A stretch of DNA of 64,000 nucleotides from Oopsacas minuta. Its lineage: Eukaryota; Animalia; Porifera. Both the position numbers and the translations under genes were made by a program. Position 1 is the stretch's first letter, and each line of letters starts with the position of its first letter. Where the stretch lies: positions 62,160 to 126,159 of the forward strand of contig JAKMXF010000360.1 in assembly GCA_024704765.1 (NCBI GenBank), read 5' to 3'. Positions 1-11,089 of this stretch are shown here, piece by piece. Below the pieces are notes generated by a model, which was not told the DNA's origin, made no database searches, and was given only the letters and a program-made list of their open reading frames with translations.

Positions 1-218
1 ATAATTGTGGAATATACACAATTCGACGTAATCTTATGAACCTCCAATTCCAATATGTATATATATTCAATATGCAATGCCTATACTACTGAGTTCTGAG
101 AAACGGAATTTTGTTTACATCAATAAATAGAATTTCAAAAGTGATACTTCAAGCTTCGCTGACTATTAAATTACATTCTTTGAAATGGAATAATACAGAT
201 TGGCTCAGATTGTGAATA

Positions 219-399
219 ACTAACGAGACAAATAACTAACAGGACATGTGACTAACAGAACACGTGACTAACATGACATGTATCTAACGGGACACGTGAC
301 TAACAGGACATGCGACTAACATGACATGCATCTAACTGGACATGCATCTAACGGGACATGCATCTAACGGGACACGTGACTAACAGAACATGCAACTAG
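219..399. repeat. 16-bp minisatellite, about 11 degenerate copies (consensus ~(A/T)CTAAC(A/G)GGACA(C/T)G(T/C)(G/A))
   Basis: Units such as actaacaggacatgtg / actaacagaacacgtg / tctaacgggacatgca read directly at 16-bp period from 235 to 394, with a degenerate copy at 219. Confidence 0.9.
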
Positions 400-1938
400 T
401 TATCAAAATAGTCTACTGCAATGCTCATCTTCTCAGCTCAAGCTAATCTAGCAAGTTAATCCATGAAAATGCCAATTCTAGCACCTTCCAACGTGATTTC
501 TAAATACTCTCATAAATTCATGCATCCAATTTTCCTCGCGCCGAAATTTCTACGACCATTTTTCGGTCAACGATTCAATCGTAAAGGAATGCGAATATCC
601 TTCGTCTAAAAGACTTAACATTTCTAAAACCATTATGCTAACAAAATTCTATGAATTTACCGCCGTTTGGACATATTTATTCCAAATTTAACTCGAAAAT
701 ATAGTGTCCCCTACTGTCCCAAAGATCATTATTGTAAGAATCATAGATATGGAAAATAAATTGAATTATTTTCCAGGGGGAGAGGGCGCGACTGGAGTGA
801 TCTATCTGTTAATATGTATCACAGTTGCCAATTTTAAATATACAATTGGGACGGTTTTCATATTTCTTACTTTTAATACATTAGATTTGGAAATTATGCT
901 AATTGTCAATCATGTTGTAAAGTGTAATCGTTTAGAATATCTCAAATTTATTTCCGTTAATTCAGTATATTTTTACGATTTACAATAGATTTATCTAGTA
1001 CCCTTGTCTAACGTCGTTCTGACATTTTACAAATATATTAGCGTGGAATATGTCGCCGGATAAATTCACCATATTTAAACTACATTTTAAGAACGAGTGA
1101 GTAACGAATTGAATTTAACTATCAAACAATTAATATTATATTAGTTGAATTGTCTCATCATGCAAAACTGCATGAAATTCGACTGGTATTTTCATTTTAA
1201 GACTTGCAATCGATTTGTTATAATCAATTTAATATAGACCTTTACTTACATTACATTGATCACCAATACATGGCTATTTCCACATATGTGCCATTTCTGC
1301 ACACTGTGTTTGGAGCCTATATATCGATAATATTTCAACCCCCTGACAAGGAAACTATACATAATCTTGATGTTCAATGTCAGCAAAATAAATACTAAAT
1401 GCAGTGGAACACGCATATAGCGAATTCATGGTTATATTGAATCTTTTTCACAGTACAGTTTGTTTTACACTTGATTCAATTATATCTCTTTAACCATAAT
1501 CCGAACACAGATATAACGAAATCACGGTACCATTTAAATTAGTAAAATGCAATCAGAATATGGTTATAACAAATTCATGACTGAAAAATATTATAGAGTT
1601 CCAGATTAGCGTGTAACACAATAGATACAAGGTCATTATTACGCTAATTAGCTAAACAATTGCAAATGTGTTTCTAGGGGAAAATACTACATTAAGCCTA
1701 AAACTTGAGATATATTCTGATAAATTTATATATTTAAGCTATGATTGCTAAATGTAAACAACTCGTTAGTTATAAGCGTGTTCCCAATGTACTAGTGTTT
1801 GATACTTTATTCTACATTATTATCGTCTGTCAATTAAGAAAGCAAATTAGTGATAGTATTCAGATTTATACCTGGGAGCTGTCATCCTAAATATTTCCAG
1901 GGGCCCCAGATCCCCGACCCCTTAAAATCTACGCCTAT

Positions 1939-2260
1939 GCAAATTCCCAATCCTTTGTAATACATTTTGATACGATTTCTCAAAACGTTGTGACGCAATC
2001 GTGAATATTCTCATATTTGGTTATATCAAGATTACGCAATAGTGCTTCGGGATATCGCATGAAAATATATTACAAGGGTATGGGAACTTGTGTATATAGT
2101 AAATATTGGTTGGAAGGATTTGAGCCTAACCCTAGCGCCTATCGAGTTATAAATGGATATTGCCAAATCATGTGCCATCCATGATCACTAATATAACTCA
2201 GTAAGGTTACGACCATAATCACCAAAAATATATATTTTATGTCTAAACATCCTTAGATCA
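1939..2260. repeat. Diverged hairpin-containing repeat element, copy 1
   Basis: About 38-bp inverted arms (1939-1976 and 2053-2091), followed by cgagttataaatggatattgccaaatcatgtgccatccatg, which is homologous to about 3608-3650. Confidence 0.6.
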
Positions 2261-3378
2261 CTTGAGATATTATTCTGGAATCGAAGACACACTAATGATC
2301 ATTTATCAGAGCTGTAAAATGGTGAATTTTAAATAACTTGTTGCCCTTTTAACCAAACAGATGACGTCATTTCAAACCGATAATAGTTGGATGACATGGC
2401 TTGTGAAAATTATACACAATCAATTATACAATTATTCGAGCAAAAATGTACCAATTATATATCATCGGGAAGAATCACATTGAAAGTTAATTAGTAAAGT
2501 TGAAGTAATCCAAGGTCCAGGAAATTATAGACCATGAACAGGCTATAGTTACGTAAGTTACATAAATAGTTAGATAGATATAGATATATAGATAAATCAA
2601 AATGTGTTATCCATAGTCTCCAATTTAAATCAAGAAGGAGCTAATTATATCATAACAATTTTGCCTAAAAATATATACGGCTCATTTCATATAATAAATT
2701 CGAAAAGGCTAAATATAAATTATTCGAAAATGAAATATAAATTAGGATTGGGGGGATTATCGGCAGATTAACCGGCTCGACCTCCCCACTTTCAGATGTT
2801 CCACCGTAAAGAATACTGATATTCGGTTGGTAACCGATTATTGAATTATTCGGTTGCAAACTTGGACTATTACCCTATATTATAGAATCTACTACTAGAG
2901 AATTATTACCAATTGATAACAAACTGCTACTAATCTTTGTTGCACACTGTAAATAAGGTTCAATGTTGCAAAAATTTATCTGATAAAATATAATAATGGA
3001 GAGAACTCAAGAAATAATTTGACTTTTATATTCCATACTATACCCACAAACTGATAGTCTTTGGGTAGGTAGCTGGATGCAATATATAATTTTTGTGCAT
3101 TCTGTATATATGTTAGTTCAAAGCATTCTATTACATTAAGGCAATGGCACAAACTTTTTATCCTGGGCCAGGAATTGGTTATTCGAGTTCGGGATAATTA
3201 TGCTGGAGTGTATGTCTCAGAAACAATGCACTTTGGGCCGAATGAATATATTACATACTTGTGTAAATACATGTCATCATTCCATAAAACCAAAAATTTA
3301 GCCTAATATAAGTACTTTGGTATATTAAGAAAAAATATATGCCAATATCCGCTTACAACTAGATAATCTGGGTAATTA

Positions 3379-3690
3379 TTGTATAATCAGGATAGCTATA
3401 ATATTGTATATATCCGACTTCCCATACCCTGATAATACATTTTGACATGATGTTTCTGAGGATTATTGCGAAATATTGACAATTGCCCTATATGGGAATA
3501 ATCACGGTTACATTAGTAAGAGTTTTCATATCAAAATGTATCAGGGTATGGAAAGTCGGATATACTATATAATGGCTATCCTGATTTTACAACAATTTCA
3601 TGATTTTCGAGTTATAAGTGGATATTGGCAAAACATTTGCTATCCATGGTATGTACTAGAACTTTATCCAAACAAAATATATATTATATG
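3379..3690. repeat. Diverged hairpin-containing repeat element, copy 2
   Basis: About 65-bp imperfect inverted arms (3379-3447 and 3529-3592; core tcaaaatgta(t)tatcagggtatgg(g/a)aagtcggatata), followed by the same conserved downstream block as copy 1. Confidence 0.65.
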
Positions 3691-4783
3691 TACAAAAGAT
3701 TTTAGAACATTTCGTATTTTAATATTTTAATCAATATCAATATATAAATATTGGACTACAGGGTTTCGATTATAGTATGGCATGGTGGCTCAGTAATTGA
3801 AATGAGTGCTTTAGTCTTATGCATTGTGCCGACTACTAGGTAATGAGCCAGTATTGAAATTATTGCAACCATTTGCTATTTTTGTGGCGCTTTCACAACC
3901 CAAACTAGAAGTAATAAAGAGCTCAAATTATACCTAAACATGCTTGGACAATCCTTTTGCATCAGTATTATAGTTGATCCTAAATCACGGGAGACAAATT
4001 AACAATTAACAAACTCTAGGTACCTTTAGCATTTAGTATAACTATCCTTGCACACAAATTTGAAAACAATATATCTCCTCACCTCTCCACTTCAAGAATA
4101 TATTCTGAGAAAAATTTGGTCGTAAAATAATACATATTAGCAATAGTCTCAATACTGGCTCACTAACTAGTAGTTACCGCATTATATTTGGAGGGTGTGT
4201 ACCCTACGCACCCGCCCTAGATCTACTACTGTATATAGTTGGAGAAATGTGGAATAAGAAAACGGTTATTTATGAAATAATGGCTCAAAGTTGAAAGCTG
4301 CAAATCAAAAATTTACATGACATGAACTAGCGCGCTTGCTTGGTAGGTGGCGTGGCGAGGATATAGTCAGCAGTATGTGTCTAGAAGTAAAATAGGCCAA
4401 ATTTTATGATTACATTATCCATGGTCCATATAAAAGAATGATTGTGGCCTACTGTGGTCACAAAATAAGTAGCTACGCTAGTTTCGGATAAGAAATTCGG
4501 CACGGGGTTCAATAAATATCGAAATTTTTGAATTTTTCACGGTAATGATGAAGCAATAATCCCATGATCAGATTGCGTTTGTTAAAATCATGAAGTCAGA
4601 TCATTTGGCAAATTTGTGAGGTACTTGTGATTAAATTCCAAACTTCCATCATATATATTAGCTGAGAGTTACTACATCTTGTAAAGTACTGTGATTATAG
4701 AACAAAGGGATAAATATTGAACTCTTGAACCAGGGCCTAGAACATAAAATAATGAAAAAATTAACAAATATATTGAGGTTTAC

Positions 4784-5062
4784 CTTAATACCATAATAAT
4801 GATATTTTGATTGGCCACGGTGACCTAACCTCCGAGTTTTAATATGAGGGAATACACTTTTAAGTAACTTTCCATAAGAAGCAGCATTGATTGGTTCGAT
4901 ACTCTCAAGTTGACAATGACGGTAATAAAAATAGTACATTGTAAAACGAGGAATGCTAGATCCCATATCTTCTCGAGCTTCGAAATTTGACATTAGCCAA
5001 GATACAGTTTTCTGGTGTATTTTCCAAGACATAGGAACAGATGATTCTGGAATATTATTCAT
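4784..5062 (-). CDS. RFX: RFX-family winged-helix transcription factor, DNA-binding-domain exon (other exons not resolved)
   Basis: TVSWLMSNFE...PINAASYGKLLKSVFPHIKTRRLGHRGQSKYHYYGIK matches the RFX DBD signature, and the GQSKYHYYGI form resembles RFX4/6. A GT donor follows GIK at 4783 and a candidate AG acceptor lies at 5047-5048. Confidence 0.9.
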
Positions 5063-5937
5063 TCCAAGAGAAAGAGAAATGTAATCGATTATGAACTAAT
5101 AAAGAAGTACTTTCCAAAAGTATCCCGTTAGAAGAAAATATATACATATATACACACAGTCAACAGACAAAGGTATACGGCCAACCCAGGATGGCCAGAA
5201 GAACTTAACCGAAATACTGGACATTCCTGGAAGTTATGAATAAATAACAGGACAACAAACTGGGCATCGTATAATTGAGAAAATATTCTATAAAAATTTA
5301 ACTATTATAACATAAGTGATGTCCTAAGATAAATCACAAATAAACAAAATCTGACTTCATGCTAAATAGCAGGCCAATTTGAAAAGTAATAGTAATTGTA
5401 ATTGTGCTTTCCAAAAAATTTGCAATACCAATAGTTATTGTTATTGATGTTATTGTAAGACAGGTAAATCTATGTTACTTTCCTACTAATTGAATCCTGG
5501 TTAGCTGATATAAAATCAAAGAGAAGAACTAGAAAGATATGAAAAAGAAATTGAGCGTAGTAATATGGTGATATGGAGATACAATGAGTAAGGTATAAAT
5601 ATAGAAGGGATAATGTTCATTTAACCTGATAATAATGTCTACCCCTTACTATTTTAAGATACCTTCAAATATGGTAAGAAATTATAAGCCATATATATTT
5701 TATGTAGCTGTGTCATTTCGGTTTCATCGAAATATATAAAAAAGTTGAGTTTATAGTGTCTATTTGAGTATTTGTATTGCATAATCTATCAAATCCAAAC
5801 TTTGAGTAATTAATTGAAAAGTAATTGTAGCGGGGATATTAAGAGTAACTGACACCAGTCCTGCTAAATAGTCATTAAGTTAAAGCATAAATAAGGTATA
5901 AATATTTGATCGAAGAAATGGAATGTTCTTAATACAC

Positions 5938-7170
5938 AAGGGTGTCCCATAATTATTGTCGTATCCTTCATCTTATGTTATTATTGCCATTAATTGAGAA
6001 AAGAAGACAATTATTTTCCAATATATCCTCCTTTCAATTGTATATATGTATCAATACGTGCTGGCATTCCAGCAACTAAATTTTCCAAGATCAATGGATT
6101 AATGTCCCTCCAGCCACTTTTGAGATTTTCTGCTAACTGATTGAGGTTAGTTGAGGGTTTCATCTAATTCAACTTCTCCTGCAAAATACTCCATGGATTT
6201 TATATCGGATTTAAATCCGGTGAATTGCCAGGCCATTCCCCTTCGGCCCAGAAAAGCGGGCACGTTGTTTTTGCACCATTCTTGTGTCGACTGGCAGTAT
6301 GTGCTGGTGCCCCGCCTTGCATAAATATGGCCCGAGACGTGTTAGGGAGTAATTTCCTGGTCAGAATGCTACCTGCCGTTTTTGAATGACCCACCGCAAG
6401 TCGATAAGATTTCTCCAATATCTCTTCTGCATAATATTGAGTGTTTACAGTCAGTTTAGGAGGAATTAAATGTAATTCTGAGAGGCCGCGATACTCATAA
6501 TGGCCCAGATTACCACTTTTGGGGGGTTTTTGATAACTTCACGAGGTGGTACTTTGGAGCTGTCAGTGGACCAAAACCTATCATTTTGGGCGGAACTGGG
6601 ATGAAATAATTCGTATGGTGATTCATCACTCCATAGGACTCGTTTCCACACATCCAAATCCCAATTTTCCCTTTCAATACAAAAATTTAGCCAATCTTCC
6701 TCTGTTTTTCAGTCAATTTGACAATTTTGGGTCTTTTATAGGCGGTCGCTCCAATCGTTTCCTTCAAATAGCGGTGAACATCCGATTTAGAGAAACCATA
6801 ACCCTTTCGATTGAGTTTTATCGCGATCTTTCTAGTGGATTGACGAATTTTGCCAAGAGATTTTGATATAACTATCTTCGCCTCCCTTGTGTTCGTTTGT
6901 GGACGCCCAGCACCGACCTTATGTCCTAGATCTTGACCTCGCGTATATCGTGACCACCAACGCTGTATCGTCCTGAGTGGTTTTCTAAGGCCTTAGCAAC
7001 ATCTTTCTGCACCATCCCACCAATAATCATTCCGACCCCCTGTTACAAAGAGTTTTGGAGGAATTTTTGATATTCATGATGAAATAATTAAACAAATTGA
7101 AAGCAAACTGGAAATACGATAAACGAATATCTACAAATATTGGATACGACAATAATTATGGGACACCCTG
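5938..7170 (-). mobile_element. Tc1/mariner-superfamily DNA transposon, ~1.23 kb, defective transposase
   Basis: 27-bp TIR gggtgtcccataattattgtcgtatcc at 5940-5966 with inverse at 7142-7168, and TA at 7171-7172. Frameshifted transposase fragments read VLWSDES...Q(G)GAPAHT...WPGNSPDLNPI*NPWSIL, where the catalytic Glu codon is now TAA. Confidence 0.9.
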
Positions 7171-8039
7171 TATATCTCATTAGTGGACAATAGTTTGTCA
7201 AAGAATTCAGAATATGAAATATTTAGGTTCTATTTAACTCCGACATTTTATACAAGTTATTCGGAGCACGTCTCTAGCGCTCCTCCTCTCAAATTTCGTA
7301 CACCTAAATTAGTATAATGGTGTTATGAACCGGGTTGTAGTCTAGAGGTAGCGGACATCCCTCCATAATTCTTTATAAATGCTCTATATTTTCCGGAGTT
7401 GCCCGAAAAATCTTTAGTAATATTAGGCAGATAATCCATATATAATAGTAAGATTAGTATCAGTATATTCTTCTTGCAATAATATTCTTTGAAGAAAAGT
7501 TCTGAATAGAGTTTGGATTCCATTTCTCTGCATGCTATATCAAAGTTCACCGAAACTTGAAGAATTGAACTAACTGTATATATATCAATTCAATCCTAAC
7601 ATCCGTTAATTGCATATAGAAGGACCAAATATCCTCCCCAACTTGCATTAGAAGTAGGAAGTACAAATAAGTCAGAGACCAGTTTTCGGATACATGGAAA
7701 AGTATCTTTCGTAATTACATCCTAATATTCATCGATGGCCAGTCTTCCAATTGAAAATTAAGGAAAGAGTCGTTCAAGACACCTCCTCAAATAACTTATC
7801 ATCCAACTGAATTTCTGGGGAAAGTTAGAATAAGAGATTTAGTTTTCCATGTGTGAGGAATTTCATGCAATATTTAAATCACAGAACTCACTTCAATTTT
7901 CCAAGTCGCTGAATTACTTCACTCAGTGCCGGATGTAGTAATGTTGGGGACCTGTGCAAGTGCAATTGTGGGGCTCAGGACATCTAATAAAATTGTATCC
8001 TAAATTATAGCAATAGGAAAGATAAATTTAATTACACAA

Positions 8040-9330
8040 AATGAACTCTGCGTGTTTTCCTCGTGCAAAATCATAAATAATGTCAGAAAGTCAATTGAAC
8101 AAATTATCTCGCATTCAATACTCATTAAAGACAACGAAACGAGTCGGTTCTGACCCATTGTGGATCGCAAGTTGTTTTATGAGTTACAACTTGGAGGATG
8201 ATCTTTCTCCAGTTGTGTTTGAAATCATGAGACATATAAATTGTTAGCATTATTTCGACATTAGGAAATATAATTTTGAGACAGTTGTTTATTATAGCCT
8301 TGTACATATGAGCGCATTGCTACACGTTTTGTCATTATCAAACAATTCAACGGATGATATTAGAAAGGATCGAAATTATATGTGTTCCTCAACAAGACTG
8401 TCCTCTAGATTATCAGTATATGTTTCCACTAGATTTAGAGAATGGTGATGGATTTTTGTCATTCAGGCATCCCGATTTGAGGAGAAAGTCAAATTTATGT
8501 AGAACTTCATTGTATGCAAACATTCGTTTGTACAGAGCCGAGAGTAACTTGTCAATAATGGGAAAAATGCTGTCAAGTCTGAATATATCCTTTCCCATCA
8601 CCAAGTAGTGCCAATCAAACATTCTATCGCCGCTTCCGAACTACAGTATACCCTCACTAATTCGAACAGCACTGCCCGGATTGCAAAAGAATACATTCGG
8701 ATTAGCGAAATGCATTGAAACAATACTGTAGAATCTTGGACTGCAATGTTCGAAAGATGTACAAACGATGGAATAGGGACCAACATGCGCAGTATAGTAT
8801 TATATATGTTTGTACGTTTGAAACAATTATAAAAAATTGTACAAGCTCTAGGCCCTGTTCGGTTTAGCGACGGTCTACTGTACTTCTTCGTGATAGTGAA
8901 ATGTACCAGTAAGGCACTTCCCTCTTTCCTCAAATCTGTCAATTTCATTTCGCAGAGACGTTTGCCTTCTCATTCTTATTCCCTGCAATTTCATTCAGTA
9001 CCTTCATTATCTATACCCTTTTAACACCTGCTTTGACAGCATCTGCGAGCTGAACATCCGAAATTGATTAATCTTTTTGGTACTGACAGTTTCTTCTCGG
9101 GTAACTTGCTTTTGAGAAGTTCATAACGAGAAGTTAATGCAGTGAAATATGTATAAAGCTCATGTATAATATCGAAATATGCAACTGCAGTTTTTCAACA
9201 GAAACCTCTAGTCATTGGTTGAAGCCTGCTGGAGTTATATCTTCATATTTTCTAGTTGTAAATTTGGCACATCACATGTTTAGTAATGATTTACTAGTAC
9301 TTTTCCATTAGTTTCATGGCTGCTGATTAC
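8040..9330 (-). pseudogene. Degraded hAT transposase (ZMYM1-like type) with C-terminal dimerisation domain
   Basis: Fragments across frames: ELYTYFTALTSRYELL, CSAR/DAVKA, FRLDSIFPIIDKLLSAL, FPNVEIMLTIY, TGERSSSKL and LRSTMGQNRLVSLSLMSIE. Multiple stops and frameshifts; termini not found. Confidence 0.8.
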
Positions 9331-9968
9331 CAACTACACTAATAGTACATAAGCAATGAATGTACTACAGTTTATAATTTCAAAAATTACAAATGTTCAT
9401 AAATACTGAACACCGTGAAAGGAAGTTTTGGAAATTGCCAAAGCTCTAATTAAGACTATCTAGATTACTAAATTGTGTGTTATTATTCATGCATTCAAAA
9501 CGTCCAAAATATCACGAATTTTGTTAAATTATAGACTCATACTTCGTTTCCTTCTTTGGCAGTCAGTGTTAAGTAGCTTCTTGCTTAGGGTAGTATCTGT
9601 AATTTAATAATGGATACCAGTCTACATATTGCATGGCCTTTTGAGGAAATGCGAAATTTATTCCACAGTAGTTAATTCTTAAACTTTGTTTTGAAGTTTT
9701 AGTTCAGTTTCATTTTCTATATTATTATACATAGTCCAAATAATGAATACTTACATTTTCTAAGGTTATGGGCATAAATAATATTTTCTTGATAAATGCC
9801 TCTATTCCCTGTCATGTAGCCAAATGTTCGGGGACCAGTGACCGAAGTAACATACTAAATGGCGCAGCAAGGGCTACAACCAACTTAAAATGTAATACTG
9901 TGAATGTCACCGAGAAGGCTTGAAAACGAGAAGGACCAACAGGAAATGTGTTGTTATCACATATCTCC

Positions 9969-10850
9969 AGAAATACATGTTTTTAGAGCAGAGGTATGCA
10001 TTAATGACATATAGGGATATGATATGGAAGTATGTATTTCTATTGTGAAAACACCTTCCCATCATGTGGTTTCGCAAGAGCTAATTTTAGAACGAAAAAG
10101 ACTGCTTTTCAAACTATGTTTAAAACATGTTCTCATTGTTTTTAGTGGAGAGTTCTATATAATGCTAGAAGCGAATAGATATTTGAAAACAATAGTTGAT
10201 ATGAATGGAATGGAAACTCATTCCTGTGTTGCCAAGGGAACTTTTTTCATTTATTTAAGCTATAAGTAAAAAATTATGAGTGCTATGGCTCTAAAATGTA
10301 TGCCAGTAGTTCTGTAATAGTCAACTTCCTATTCATTTATAATATAGTTCATCTGCTTTTTGTTCATGCCTTTTGAGATATTTTGACATTTGCTATATAG
10401 ATGGTAGTCAAATAATATATGAGAAATGTCAAAATATCTCAAGGATCAACAGGAATTAAATGAAATATATCATTAGTGAAGAGGTAGTTGATTATTACGG
10501 AAAGATAGGTATAAAGTTGGGAGTCATAGCATTGATAGTTTCTGAGTAATAGCTTCAAAAAATAATAACACGTTCCCTTAGCAACACAGGAATGTGTTAA
10601 CATTCGATTTATATTAACCATTGTTTTCTAAAATACCATTCGCCCTCAGTTATTATATAGAACTGCCAAGAACAAAAAACACTGAGAACATGGTTTAAAC
10701 ATAGTTTGAAAAGCGACCTTTTTCGTTCTTATAATATCTCATGCAAAACCACATGATGAGGAATCATATTTAGACAACTGTAATACATATTTCGATACCA
10801 TACTCTTATATGTCATAAATACATACATAAGCTCTATCATATATATTTCT
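9969..10850. mobile_element. Foldback/MITE-like long palindrome: two ~425-bp diverged inverted arms around a 32-bp spacer
   Basis: ttttgacattt (10381-10391) mirrors aaatgtcaaaa (10424-10434). Internal blocks also mirror, for example cttttcaaactatgtttaaaacatgttctca versus tgagaacatggtttaaacatagtttgaaaag, and cattcctgtgttgccaagggaac versus gttcccttagcaacacaggaatg. Confidence 0.85.
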
Positions 10851-11089
10851 CCGAATATGTGTAAAACCATCACTTCCTGTCAGCCTAATTGTATTGAAGC
10901 TTAGTCGGAAAAATTACAGCAGTATGTTAAGCAGGTTATGCGTGCAGATTCAATAAAACAGGCCTGGGATATATAACCATGTTGACTAATATACAGTGAC
11001 TGTAGATTTCAATATCTCTGCGTTTTGGCTCGAAGATGAGTTTGGTATAGTATTAGAAGAGAAAATTATCGTAGATAATATGTGAAAGT

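Noticed and set aside
3420-3660. Possible RFX dimerisation-domain exons (WIANVLP..., FAIILRNIMS) on the minus strand
   Set aside because: The segment is explained by an inverted-repeat element with a second copy at ~1.9-2.3 kb, and splice phases could not be made consistent.
7300-8000. Possible exons (for example RTKYPPQLALEVG..., FPELPEKSL) between the Tc1 and hAT remnants
   Set aside because: Fragments are short, interrupted by stops and match nothing I recognise.
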